A DNA stretch of 64,000 nt, taken from the NCBI GenBank assembly GCA_963845755.1, contig CAWJTV010000028.1, positions 1 to 64,000 of the forward strand, read 5' to 3'. The notes under the pieces were generated by a model. The model did no database searches. It was given only the letters and a program-made list of their open reading frames with translations, and had not been told where the DNA came from. Shown piece by piece: positions 41,623 to 51,790 of the stretch. Within the stretch, counting starts at the first letter, position 1, and the number at the start of each line of letters is the position of its first letter. Source of the stretch: an uncultured Planctomycetota bacterium. Its GTDB lineage: Bacteria; Planctomycetota; Planctomycetia; Isosphaerales; Isosphaeraceae. The translations under genes were made by a program, and so were the position numbers.

Positions 41623-41891
41623 GGATGCGATGCCGGGAAAAGCCCGCTAGGCAAATCCCTCCGCGGGGCTTAAATTGAGGATTGGCCTCCGAAGGATCTC
41701 CGCGTCGGGCGGACATCTGGGGTCGCCGATTTCGCATTCCCGGTTCCCGATCAGGAATCTCCGGGATTGGGAATCGGGGACCCCCATTTGCCCGCGACTC
41801 GATGGCTTCCAGTGATCCTCCCAGGGATTTGACAGATCGACGGGCCCGCGAAGCCGCGCGGACATGCCCCAAAGGAGACATGCGAATCGCC

Positions 41892-42455
41892 ATGATGATC
41901 AAAGCGACCGATATTCGTCGAGGGATGGTAATCACGATGGAGGGCGTGAACTTCGTCGTCCTGGATTTCGCCCACCACACCCCGGGCAACCTCCGTGCGA
42001 TGGTCCAGACCAAGCTCCGGAACATGAACAGCGGCTCGCTGATCGAGAAGCGATTCCGCTCGGTCGATCAGATCGAGGTCCCCTACGTCGAGACCAAGGA
42101 ATACGAATACCTCTATTCCGCCGGCGACGACCACGTCTTCATGGACACGGAGACCTACGACCAGCTCAGCTTTTCCGAGGACATCATCGGGACGTCGATG
42201 GCCTATCTGCTGCCGAACAGCCGGGTGATGGTGAAATACATCAACGACAAGGCGGTCTCGATCGAGATCCCCGATTTCGTGGAACTGACGGTGACCGAGA
42301 CGCCGCCGGCCCTCTCCGGAGCGACGGCGACCAATCAATACAAGGAAGCGACGCTCGAGACCGGGCTGAAGGTCGGCGTTCCCCCGTTCATCAAGAACGG
42401 CGAACGCATCCGGATCGACACCCGGACCGGCGAATACCTCGAGCGCGTCAAGTGA
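41892..42455 (+). CDS. efp: elongation factor P
   Basis: ATDIRRG, TPGNLRAMVQTKLRN, EYLY, FMDTETYDQ, LETGL.V.VPPFI, IDTRTGEYLER. Confidence 0.96.
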   Translation: MMIKATDIRRGMVITMEGVNFVVLDFAHHTPGNLRAMVQTKLRNMNSGSLIEKRFRSVDQIEVPYVETKEYEYLYSAGDDHVFMDTETYDQLSFSEDIIGTSMAYLLPNSRVMVKYINDKAVSIEIPDFVELTVTETPPALSGATATNQYKEATLETGLKVGVPPFIKNGERIRIDTRTGEYLERVK

Positions 42456-42557
42456 ACCTTGCTCGCCGAACTTTCGGAGTGATCAGTGGTCAGTTGATAA
42501 ATCGTTTACCTGCTGAGAGCTGAAAACTGAACGCTGAAAACCGGAGCGAAGCGACCA

Positions 42558-43715
42558 GTGGATGACGTGACCCGATTGCTGGCGGAACTGGTGTCCATCC
42601 CGAGCGTCAACCCCATGGGGCGCCCTTCCTCGGGCGAGGAGTTCCTCGAAACGCGGCTGACGGCCTATCTCGAGGATTGGCTCGGGGAGCTGGGGGTCGA
42701 CTGCCATCGGCAGCCGATCGCGCCGGGCCGTGAGAACCTCCTGTCGCGGTATGAGGCCCCGGGATCTCGGCGTACGATCCTCTTCGACGTCCATCAGGAT
42801 ACCGTACCTACCGACGGGATGACGATCCCTCCGTTCGAGCCGACGATCGTCGAGCAGCGCCTCCACGGGCGAGGATCGTGCGACGTGAAGGGGAGCATGG
42901 CGGCGATGCTCGTGGCATTCGCCCGCCTGGTTCGGGAACGGCCGGCGGGGTCGGCGTCCGTGCTCCTGGCCTGCACGGTGGACGAAGAATTCACCCACAG
43001 GGGATCATCTCGCCTCGCGGAGACCGAGCTCGGCACCGACCTGGCGATCGTCGCCGAGCCGACGCGCCTCGACCTGGTGCATTGCCACAAGGGGGCGCTC
43101 CGGTGGAAGATCCGCACCCGCGGGCGGGCCTGCCACAGTTCGGCACCACAGCTCGGCGACAACGCGATCTACCGGATGGGCCGAGTGCTCGCGGCTCTCG
43201 AGTCCTATGCCGAGTCGCTGTCGCGATCCTCGGCCCATCCCATCCTCGGCCCGCCGAGCCTGTCCGTCGGACGGATCGAAGGCGGCCAGAGCGTCAATGT
43301 TGTTCCCGACTGGTGCGAGATCGAGGTCGATCGCCGGATGCTCCCGGGCGAGGAATCGGCACGATGCCTGGACGACCTCAAGGCGGATCTCGCCCAACGT
43401 CTGGGCGGGCTCGTCGGGATCGAGTTCGGCCCGCCCTGGGTGGATATGCCACCGCTATCGCCGCGGTCATCCCGATGGCTCGAGCCCCTCGCCGATGCCA
43501 TCACGGCGGCAACCGGCCGGCGCCCGGATGTCCTCGGCGTCCCGTTCGGCACCGATGCCGGACCGTTGAACGCGGCGGGATTATCCTGCGTCGTGTTCGG
43601 TCCCGGCGACATCGCCCAGGCCCACACCAAGGACGAATGGATCGACCTGGACCAAGTTCGCCTTGCCGCCGAGGCTTACTACCAGATTGCCGTGACCCTC
43701 GGCAAGATCGAGTGA
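42558..43715 (+). CDS. M20 family ArgE/DapE-like deacylase
   Basis: HQDTVP, GRGSCDVKG, VDEE, AEPT, HSS, GTDA, GPGDIAQAHT. Confidence 0.92.
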   Translation: MDDVTRLLAELVSIPSVNPMGRPSSGEEFLETRLTAYLEDWLGELGVDCHRQPIAPGRENLLSRYEAPGSRRTILFDVHQDTVPTDGMTIPPFEPTIVEQRLHGRGSCDVKGSMAAMLVAFARLVRERPAGSASVLLACTVDEEFTHRGSSRLAETELGTDLAIVAEPTRLDLVHCHKGALRWKIRTRGRACHSSAPQLGDNAIYRMGRVLAALESYAESLSRSSAHPILGPPSLSVGRIEGGQSVNVVPDWCEIEVDRRMLPGEESARCLDDLKADLAQRLGGLVGIEFGPPWVDMPPLSPRSSRWLEPLADAITAATGRRPDVLGVPFGTDAGPLNAAGLSCVVFGPGDIAQAHTKDEWIDLDQVRLAAEAYYQIAVTLGKIE

Positions 43716-43862
43716 GTGTCCGATTCCCGACGGAATTCGCGAATCCCTGAACCGTGCTCACACGAACGGATTCTATGGAGATCATCCTGAAGAAAACGAG
43801 TGGGACCCCTCATCGGTACGACCCACCCGCAATCATTGAGGCGCCATCGGCATTCGACGAGG

Positions 43863-44204
43863 TCAGAAGACGTCCATCGTGAAGTGCATCCCCTTGTAGA
43901 ACTTCTTCTTCTGCCAGTCGTGCCAGCCGTGAGGATGACGGAACAGCCCGAAGACCCGGTAGCCGCCGTATTCGTTGCGATAATACGGGCCCTGGATCTG
44001 GGGGACGATCCGCTGTTCGCGGGGATAGCGGTACCACCCATCGTAGAGTCCGTTATACTCAAATCCGTTACCCGGGACTTGAGGCGGCGTGTAGGGCCAG
44101 TGGAGATAGTCGTTCCAGTCCTGCGCCCGGGCCGACCTTGCCCCGCCGAGGCCAACGACCGCGAGGGTCAGGGCCAACACCTTGATCCATGAGCAGCGCG
44201 ACAC
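43863..44204 (-). CDS. small secreted aromatic-rich protein
   Basis: GGGAGGTG RBS before GTG. Signal peptide ending ARA|QD. Mature part rich in Tyr, Trp, Gly and Pro. Confidence 0.75.
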   Translation of the reverse strand: MSRCSWIKVLALTLAVVGLGGARSARAQDWNDYLHWPYTPPQVPGNGFEYNGLYDGWYRYPREQRIVPQIQGPYYRNEYGGYRVFGLFRHPHGWHDWQKKKFYKGMHFTMDVF

Positions 44205-44312
44205 AATACACCTCCCTGAAGGGGACCCATTCCCAAACCGTGGGTAATATGCCACACGATTCGCGAATGGGCGGTGTTTTTTCCCGTTTCTGACAGACCT
44301 GGAGGATGAGTC

Positions 44313-45554
44313 ATGTCGGCAGCACGGATTCGGCGGGGCTTTCCGTTCATCCGGGCCGAGAGGCCTGCTGGGACGGATCCCGGCGCTCGGCAACGGCTGG
44401 GATGGTTGCTCGTGGCCGGCGTCGTCCTGGGGCTATCGGGCGGCACGTCGAAGGCCCAGGACTCGAGGACGGACACATCACTCCATCCCGAAGGAGCGCG
44501 GCTCCGCGAGACCGTTGAATTGCTGGCCTCACCCGAGTTCGGTGGACGGAGCGGACCAGGCGGCGAGAAAACGGCCGATTACCTGACCGATCAATTCCGC
44601 CGGCTGAAGCTCCAGGGTCTGTTCGACGGGGAATTCACCCAGATGATTCCGGGAAACGAGCCCGGAACCCGGATCGGCCGCAACGTCGGGGCCATGCTCC
44701 GCGGCTCCGATCCTGTGCTCCGCGAGCAATGGGTGATCGTTGCCGCCCATTACGACCATCTAGGCGTGCGCGGGGGCAAGCTCTTCCCCGGCGCGGATGA
44801 CAATGCCTCGGGTGTGGCCATGATGCTGGAGGTGGCGCGATGCTTCGTGCAGACTTCGTCGCCTCCTCGGAGGAGCGTCATGTTCGTCGGCTTCGATCTG
44901 GAAGAGGCGGGGTTATTCGGCTCGCGCTATTTCGTCTCCCATCCCCCGGTCCCGCTCGATCACATCGCACTGTTCATCACCGCAGATATGATGGGACGCG
45001 CCCTGGCGGGTATCTGCGACGGTCATGTCTTCGTCATGGGTACGGAACACGCGCCGGGACTACGTCCCTGGATTGATGAGGCGGGGAGAGGACGTCCCCT
45101 GATCATTGGTCTGCTCGGCGCGGACCTATTGATTCTCAATCGCAGCGACTACGGGCCGTTCCGGAGCAAGAGTATCCCGTTCCTCTTCTTCACCACCGGC
45201 GAGAATCCGCGCTACCACACGCCCCAAGACACCGCCGACACTCTCAATTATCCCAAGTTGACCTCGATCGCCCAGTTGATCCATCAGGTCGCCCTCAAGG
45301 CCGTATCAGCACCCGATCTCCCCCGCTGGCAAACTGTGCCGGATAACCCCTTGGCCGAGGCCGTGACCATTCGCGATGTCCTGCGCCTCCTATCGAAGAA
45401 CAGCGCGCGCCTCAAGATCGGCACCGCCCAGCACTTCATCATCAGGAACACGCTCGGCCTCCTCGAAGAGATCGTGCCGCGGGGAAGCATCACGCCAGAG
45501 GAGCGATCGCGCGTCATCCAGGGAGCTCGGATCGTGCTCTTCACCGTACTCTAG
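44313..45554 (+). CDS. M28 family peptidase, exported
   Basis: AHYDHLG, GADDNASG, EEAGLFGS, RSDY, YHTPQD. Confidence 0.92.
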   Translation: MSAARIRRGFPFIRAERPAGTDPGARQRLGWLLVAGVVLGLSGGTSKAQDSRTDTSLHPEGARLRETVELLASPEFGGRSGPGGEKTADYLTDQFRRLKLQGLFDGEFTQMIPGNEPGTRIGRNVGAMLRGSDPVLREQWVIVAAHYDHLGVRGGKLFPGADDNASGVAMMLEVARCFVQTSSPPRRSVMFVGFDLEEAGLFGSRYFVSHPPVPLDHIALFITADMMGRALAGICDGHVFVMGTEHAPGLRPWIDEAGRGRPLIIGLLGADLLILNRSDYGPFRSKSIPFLFFTTGENPRYHTPQDTADTLNYPKLTSIAQLIHQVALKAVSAPDLPRWQTVPDNPLAEAVTIRDVLRLLSKNSARLKIGTAQHFIIRNTLGLLEEIVPRGSITPEERSRVIQGARIVLFTVL

Positions 45555-47683
45555 ACAGGTACCTTGCGGGTTGCGGCGGGCTTCTCGGAGGCCCGTGTCC
45601 CCAAGGGATCCTTGCGAGGCTGAACCGGGGGATTGACCGGCTGCGGTCGAGCCGGGACATGCTCTTCGGGCACGGCTGGTCGGTCAGGAAGGCGTTGGGC
45701 CGGGTCGAGCTCGATTTCCGGGATGAACGGCGCGAACGGGACAGCTCCGCCTCGCTCGCGCGGGAACTCGGGTCGATCGAGGGGTGCAAACGGATCCGGG
45801 ATTTCGGGCGGCAGATGGTCCGGCAGCGACTCACCGGGAAACACGGCGCGGGGTGCCAGCTCATTGGCATTGGTCCGCGAAGCGAGATAGCGAGCCCAGG
45901 CTTGGCTCGCGTCGGGCTCGGTTGTGAGGACTGGACCCCGTGAAGTTTCCTCGATCCGATGGATTGGCCCCCCTTCCGCCCTGACCAGGTAGTCGGCGAC
46001 GGCCCGGGCACGAATCGTATCGCCCTTGGACATCAGGATTTGCGCACGCAAGCTTAGCAACGGCAGCCGGTGCCCGGCCGTCGCGAGACGCGGCTCCAAG
46101 GCATCAAGGTCGGCCTCGGCTGCGGCGAAATCGCCCCGAAGGTAGTCGAAGAACAGACGATCCTCCAGAGCTGCGGCGGAACTCGCCTCTGGATCGACCT
46201 GGTCTGCAACCGGGCGGCTCGGGATGTTGGATATCGTTGAGCCCAGACGACCGAGCCGAGCGAGTCGTGGCAGAGCGGAGTGATGTGGGGGAATCTCGCC
46301 GGGCAACGGCAGGAGTGTGGGCCGACCGGGAATTCGCCGGTCCACCGTCGCGGAGAACCTCTCCAGCAGGAGCGCCCGCGCGGTCTGCGCGAGCATGGAC
46401 ATCCATGCTCCCCGCGCGGCCGCATCGGGCATCATCAGCGAGGTTTGTTCGGTCGCGACGTCATAAACCGCCGGCAGGGTCAGGGCCGTCGGCGTCCCGA
46501 ATCGCAGGGCGACGGCCCCACCATCCGGCGACACCGAGAGGCTGCCGATCCGCAGGCTGCCGTCCAACGGATGAAACCTCTTGAAGATGCTCGACTCACG
46601 TGGGACGCTCCAGGCCACGTCCGTGTCCCGCCCCTCGAAGTCCACAGCGAAAAAACACCGCTCCTCCTGGCGATCGAAGTCGATCGCGACGCCTCGAATC
46701 GAGGTGCCTCGTCGATGGATCTCAGGCCCGGCCAGGCTCTGAACCCGCACCGCATCGCCCGTCTCCACGAACACCCTCTCCAGATCCAGCATCGAGGATT
46801 GCGGCCCGCGCTTCTCCACGACGACGTAGATCGACCGCCCGTCGCTCGTCCAGAATGGCGTTGCCTTCATGCGACCTAGAGAGATGAGCGGGCGAGCGGC
46901 GGTGAACGTCTGAGCTTGATGCTCCACCACCTCGAGCCGGTTCCCTTCCAGCTCTTCCGGCCGGATCCGGATGAAGGCGACCTTCGAGCCGTCAGGTGAC
47001 CAGGACGGCATGACCGCATGCTCGATGGTCTGGAGCACTCGGCGCGATTCGATCCTGATGATCAGGATCGCCGGCTCTTCGCCGGGTCTGGTGAAGGCGA
47101 GAAACCGCCCGTCGGGACTCCAGGCAGCCGCCACGTGGGGGAACATCGCTCGCGGCTCGGGTCCAAGCTCGAAATCCGGGACATCCAGGAGAGTACGCTT
47201 CCGGTTCAAGCCCTGCTGGATCACAATCTCCAACCGGCCTCGCGGGATCGTGTGATGGGGCTCGATCGATGAGGGCACGAACCGGCCGAACGCGATGGTC
47301 CGCCCCTGGGGGCTCCACGACGGTGCTGTCAGGGGCCACGCCGATTCCTCGATCATCACGGACGACTGGGCATCGCGGTTTGAGGTCCAGATCCGGTAGA
47401 TGCTCGAGCCCGACGCCTTCGGCGCGACAGAGCCTCGCGGATCCGCAGGACTCGCTCCTTCGTAAGAGACATCGAAGAGCCAGCCGGGTTCGCGTTCATC
47501 GTGCCCTGTACCCGGGGCCACCGTATAGCTGAGCCAATGGGAATCGGGAGACCACGACATCGGGGATGCCGTCCACCCCGCGACGAGCGTGGTCGTCAGG
47601 AGCCGGAAGAACCCGCGGAGTCCGTTCTGCATCAGGAGCAAGCTCATGGGAGGACCATCCTGCGAGAGGAAAGCATACGACAC
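45551..47683 (-). CDS. TolB/PD40-type beta-propeller protein
   Basis: Repeated WSPD/WSPQ/VSPDG motifs, helical region and Pro-rich C-terminus. Confidence 0.75.
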   Translation of the reverse strand: MSYAFLSQDGPPMSLLLMQNGLRGFFRLLTTTLVAGWTASPMSWSPDSHWLSYTVAPGTGHDEREPGWLFDVSYEGASPADPRGSVAPKASGSSIYRIWTSNRDAQSSVMIEESAWPLTAPSWSPQGRTIAFGRFVPSSIEPHHTIPRGRLEIVIQQGLNRKRTLLDVPDFELGPEPRAMFPHVAAAWSPDGRFLAFTRPGEEPAILIIRIESRRVLQTIEHAVMPSWSPDGSKVAFIRIRPEELEGNRLEVVEHQAQTFTAARPLISLGRMKATPFWTSDGRSIYVVVEKRGPQSSMLDLERVFVETGDAVRVQSLAGPEIHRRGTSIRGVAIDFDRQEERCFFAVDFEGRDTDVAWSVPRESSIFKRFHPLDGSLRIGSLSVSPDGGAVALRFGTPTALTLPAVYDVATEQTSLMMPDAAARGAWMSMLAQTARALLLERFSATVDRRIPGRPTLLPLPGEIPPHHSALPRLARLGRLGSTISNIPSRPVADQVDPEASSAAALEDRLFFDYLRGDFAAAEADLDALEPRLATAGHRLPLLSLRAQILMSKGDTIRARAVADYLVRAEGGPIHRIEETSRGPVLTTEPDASQAWARYLASRTNANELAPRAVFPGESLPDHLPPEIPDPFAPLDRPEFPRERGGAVPFAPFIPEIELDPAQRLPDRPAVPEEHVPARPQPVNPPVQPRKDPLGTRASEKPAATRKVPV

Positions 47684-47870
47684 GATGGATCAGATCCGTT
47701 GACAGCCGCCAGCAATCCTATCGGCCGAGACAGTGCTCGGCCCGTCATGCGAAGCGTCGCGCCAACCGTCTTTCAGTATAAAGCCAGAGCTTTCGCCTGG
47801 ATAGCGGAAGAGGAGATTGCAGCCATCATCGGCCTCGTCCCGGACTGCGGCGTCGGAGTGCACTCGACCG

Positions 47871-49085
47871 TCATGGCTCGTCTGCGATCACCCGGGTTGA
47901 GACCCGTACGCCGCTGGTGGAGTCTACGGCGGCGCGGTGGCGTCGTGCGGCCAACGTGAACGGGAGGTGTGGCGGGGTGGACAACCCTGTCGATGCGGGT
48001 CGGTAAGGGAACCAGTCCTTGAGCGAGAGACACGGTGACTCCAGCAGACGCCACGAGAGGGCGGCCAAGACCCAGGACGCCGAGAGTCCTGTGGTCAACG
48101 CCAACACCCAGGCAAGAGGGGATAGGCCTGTGGTCACATGACTGGCTAGCCATCGAGCCGGTACCATCCCCTTGACGACGATGATCGGATGGAGCAAATA
48201 GAGCCCATAGCAATACCGACCCAAGCCGCGAAGCGGCCGACAACTCAGGGTCCGGATCGCCAGAGTCGGTCCACGCACGGACAGGAGCACCAACGCCCCA
48301 CCACCCACGGAAACGAGCAGTCGGCCGAGGACCATGATCGCGGCGAAGGAGAGGTTCAGCTTCCCCAACGACCAGATCGCGATCATCGAGCTTACCAAAA
48401 CCGGCAGCGCGAGCCACGCCAGCCGATCGACCCGCGCCGGACGGTGGCGAACGGCCCACGCCAGGTATGATCCGATCGCCAGTCCGTCGAGCGCGAACGG
48501 CGTCATCCGATGCAAGGTCTCGACCTCGGCACCGAGCCACGCCGCGATTCCCCGCAGGATCAGTGAGACCACGACCGTCAACCAGCAAACCGGGCCGAGC
48601 CCGCGGACCGGGAGCGAGGCCACGACGATCGGCCAGACGAAGTAGAACTGTTCTTCGATCGCCAGCGACCAGAAGTGCCACGTAAAAATGTTCGACGAGA
48701 TCCCGAGATCCGATCGCCAGTTGCTCAGATGGGCCCAGAACCTCCAGCTTTCGCCCTTCGGTGGATTCGTCAGATACAGGCCGAAGAGGAAGACGTAATA
48801 CAACGGGAGGATGCGAAGAGCCCGCCGACCGAAGAAGCTACGCCAGTAATCGGGCGACTTGCGAGTGTCCAGCAGGATGCCGGTGATCAGGAAACCCGAG
48901 AGTACAAAGAATAGGTCCACGCCCCAGCCGCCGGGTCCGGCATAGCTCACGAGCTGTCGTGCCGAGGACGTCCCAAACGCGTCGGCCAGAGCCGGAACAA
49001 AGTGGCACATCAAGACACCGAAGATGGCCAATCCACGCACGCCGTCGAGTGCGGGCAGATGAGGGCGAGATGGTGGATGAGGCAC
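47871..49085 (-). CDS. acyltransferase family 3 (membrane O-acyltransferase)
   Basis: LDGVRGLAI, GVDLFFVLSGFLIT, RRALRILP, HFWSLAIEEQFY, YGLYLLH. Confidence 0.93.
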   Translation of the reverse strand: MPHPPSRPHLPALDGVRGLAIFGVLMCHFVPALADAFGTSSARQLVSYAGPGGWGVDLFFVLSGFLITGILLDTRKSPDYWRSFFGRRALRILPLYYVFLFGLYLTNPPKGESWRFWAHLSNWRSDLGISSNIFTWHFWSLAIEEQFYFVWPIVVASLPVRGLGPVCWLTVVVSLILRGIAAWLGAEVETLHRMTPFALDGLAIGSYLAWAVRHRPARVDRLAWLALPVLVSSMIAIWSLGKLNLSFAAIMVLGRLLVSVGGGALVLLSVRGPTLAIRTLSCRPLRGLGRYCYGLYLLHPIIVVKGMVPARWLASHVTTGLSPLAWVLALTTGLSASWVLAALSWRLLESPCLSLKDWFPYRPASTGLSTPPHLPFTLAARRHRAAVDSTSGVRVSTRVIADEP

Positions 49086-49498
49086 GACGACACCTCCTCG
49101 GTGTTGAGATGGGGACTCGGCGATCCGAGCAATCTGCTGATGCGCCGGGCGGCCGTGTTGAGGGGATCAGCGTAGTGGGACCGGCGAGGGAAGTCTATTC
49201 AATAACCGCAACGCGTAGAACCCGAGTTCTCCGGTGGAAATGGGGGTCGTGCACGATCCTTTACGAACGGCCACTCGGACGCCCGTCGCCGGGAGCGGAG
49301 TATCGCCGCCGCTCAGGGCGATCGACACTCGTGCAGCTCACTAATCGGGCAAGGGACTGGTAACATGAGTTAAGGAACGCGAGGAATGGCGGTGAGCATC
49401 GGGCCGGGCAGAATGCGGTCGAGGCTTCGTCCCGATCGCGAGACCGACGACCGCGGGGCGAGTGATGTGGGAACAGTTTTGGGGCCAGGGTTGGGCCT

Positions 49499-50812
49499 AT
49501 GATTGTCGAACGGATCAAGGCGATGCTGGAGGCGTGCGAGGCCGGGACCGCGGCCTTCCCGCCTACCGAACTATTCAACGAAGACTGGCTGCTCCGGATC
49601 ATCCTGGACTGGTTCGCGCGTCATGGTGGCGACCGGTATCCACTCTCGCCACAGCCCGGGGCGAAGTGGTTCTCCCAGGCGTGGCTCCCTTCGGCGTTCC
49701 TGACCCGCTATCGAGGCGACCGGCTCGCCGAAGCCCGGACTCATGCGGACGCGGTCCTCGGTCATTTCGTGATCGGCGATCCCGGAACCGCGGCACTCTC
49801 GCTGCTGCCGCATGCGCGACAGCTCGTGGTCCTCGAAGCCAAGCTCTTCGCCCGCCTCTCCGCCGGAGTCCGCAACGCCCCCTATTACGACCAGGCGGCT
49901 CGGAGCGTGGGCTGCATCGCCGAGACGCTCCGCCGCGCCGACCGATCACCGGACGACATGGAGGACCTCGGGTACCTCGTGCTGGCCCCCCAGGCCCGGC
50001 TCGATGACGGGATATTCGAATGGGACCTGGCGCTGGACGCGATCCGTCGCAAGGTCCGACGGCGTGTCGAGGATTATGCCGGCGAGCGTGACTCCTGGTT
50101 CTGCGATTGGTTCGAGCCGACACGGCGACGGATCGAGGTCCGCTCGTTAAGTTGGGAAGACCTGATCGACATCGTCGCGTTCCACAGCATGGAGGACGGA
50201 CACATCATCGACAGCTTCTATGGCCAGTGCCTGCGGTTCAATCGTCCGCAGGCGCGGGGGACCGCTGCCGCGGGCGCCGTTCCCGGTTCGGCCGCGAGCG
50301 GCGAGCTGCCCCCGACTCCCGGAGTGGTCCGGGGTTTCGTGAGACAACGATCCGAACTGTACCTCAACGGGTCATCGTTTTCAGGAGCGAAGTGGCGTCA
50401 TCCCGATGGGCGAATGCGCCCGGATGGTTGGTGGCCCTCTGCAGGAGTCCGCGGGCTTCGTCGGTTTTGCCTTTGTCCGCCAGGATGCGGGCCAGGTAGT
50501 AGGCGACATCCGGCGACATCCGTCCGCCCTGGGTGGCGGCCCGGAGGAATTGATCGGCCTGGTCGAGATGGCCGGATCGGTAATGCGCCCAGCCCAGGGT
50601 GGCCACGACGTCCTGCGATCGCGGATTCTGTCGGGCGTTGGCCTCGGCGAGTTGCAGTCCGCGGGCACGTTTCACCGGGTCGTCCTGCTCCACGAGGGCG
50701 AGCGCCAGCAAGTTGGCCGTACCGCCATCGCCGGGCAACTCGCGGTGGAGCGGCTCAAGGACCGCTTCGGAGCCGGCGAGGTCCCGAAGATGCCAGGCGA
50801 TGTATCCCTTGA
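49499..50812 (+). CDS. hypothetical protein, PD-(D/E)xK nuclease-like; true end probably ~50340 (read-through by an indel)
   Basis: NE..LLR, THAD, VVLEAKLF, DQAAR, SWED. The last ~150 codons overlap the convergent TPR gene and look non-coding. Confidence 0.6.
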   Translation: MIVERIKAMLEACEAGTAAFPPTELFNEDWLLRIILDWFARHGGDRYPLSPQPGAKWFSQAWLPSAFLTRYRGDRLAEARTHADAVLGHFVIGDPGTAALSLLPHARQLVVLEAKLFARLSAGVRNAPYYDQAARSVGCIAETLRRADRSPDDMEDLGYLVLAPQARLDDGIFEWDLALDAIRRKVRRRVEDYAGERDSWFCDWFEPTRRRIEVRSLSWEDLIDIVAFHSMEDGHIIDSFYGQCLRFNRPQARGTAAAGAVPGSAASGELPPTPGVVRGFVRQRSELYLNGSSFSGAKWRHPDGRMRPDGWWPSAGVRGLRRFCLCPPGCGPGSRRHPATSVRPGWRPGGIDRPGRDGRIGNAPSPGWPRRPAIADSVGRWPRRVAVRGHVSPGRPAPRGRAPASWPYRHRRATRGGAAQGPLRSRRGPEDARRCIP

Positions 50813-51707
50813 TCCGTTGCGCGTCCTGCGACTTGGGGTCGATCTTCAGGGCCTCGTCGGCCTCGGTGCGAGCCACCGGAGTGCGCCCCTTCTCGAGCAG
50901 CCATCCCGCTCGGGCAATGCGAACCCGGGAGCTGGCCGGCTCGAGCTTCACCGCGTAGTCGAACCACTCCTCGGCCTTTTTCTCATCCCCCTTCTGGTTG
51001 AAGAGGCGGCCCATGCTGATGGCTGCCGGCTCGAGCGCGGGAGTGTCCACGACGGCCTGCTTCAGCGTATTGAACGCCTCATCGGTCTTGCCGAGCCGGA
51101 ACATCACGCTGGCCAGTTGCTGGCGTGCCTGGCCGTTCTTGGGATCGAGCTCGAGCCAGGCGGTCAATTGGGTTTCGGCAGTCTTCCATTCCTCCTGGCC
51201 CTCGGCGGCCGCGGCCAGCCCGGAGAGGGCGTCGCGGCGGAATCCGCGTGCCTTTTCGGCGTCCCATTTCCCCGCGGCGATAAGCCCCAGCGCGTTCTCG
51301 AAGTTGAGATGCGCATCGCTGAACCGCCCTTCGCCCATCGCCAATCTGCCGAAAGTGAGATACACTTCGGGGTGTTTTGATGCCTCGACCGCGGCCCGTT
51401 CCAGATAATGTCGTCCGGGCACGGCCTGACCCGCACGAAACAGGATCTGCGCCAGCATCAGGGGAGCGGGCGGCCATTCCGGATGCTTGGCCGCCTTCTC
51501 GCGGATTAGCGCGAGCGCCTCGTCGTTCCGACCTTCGCGGATCTTCTGTACGGCCCCTTCGAGGTCCTTCTCCGCCGTGTCGGCCGCCTTGCCCGTTTCT
51601 TGCCCCACAGTGACCGGCCCCGACCAAAGCGCGGTTGCCGCGCAGTCCATGATGACTGCCATGCCGACCAAGAGCGCCAATCCTTTACGAGTCGGTTCGG
51701 AGTACAT
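50364..51707 (-). CDS. exported TPR protein
   Basis: N-terminal hydrophobic leader, multiple TPR-like helix pairs, TLGWAHY. Confidence 0.88.
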   Translation of the reverse strand: MYSEPTRKGLALLVGMAVIMDCAATALWSGPVTVGQETGKAADTAEKDLEGAVQKIREGRNDEALALIREKAAKHPEWPPAPLMLAQILFRAGQAVPGRHYLERAAVEASKHPEVYLTFGRLAMGEGRFSDAHLNFENALGLIAAGKWDAEKARGFRRDALSGLAAAAEGQEEWKTAETQLTAWLELDPKNGQARQQLASVMFRLGKTDEAFNTLKQAVVDTPALEPAAISMGRLFNQKGDEKKAEEWFDYAVKLEPASSRVRIARAGWLLEKGRTPVARTEADEALKIDPKSQDAQRIKGYIAWHLRDLAGSEAVLEPLHRELPGDGGTANLLALALVEQDDPVKRARGLQLAEANARQNPRSQDVVATLGWAHYRSGHLDQADQFLRAATQGGRMSPDVAYYLARILADKGKTDEARGLLQRATNHPGAFAHRDDATSLLKTMTR

Positions 51708-51790
51708 GTGTTGATTCCTGCGGTGAATAGCAAGTATGGCCGATCGTCCGGCTTGTTCCGGCGATTATAGCAGAGACAGGCGCCTTCTTG

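Noticed and set aside
50343..50812. Genuine 450-bp convergent gene overlap
   Set aside because: The extension is low-complexity antisense translation of the TPR gene, and is more simply a missed stop caused by an indel.
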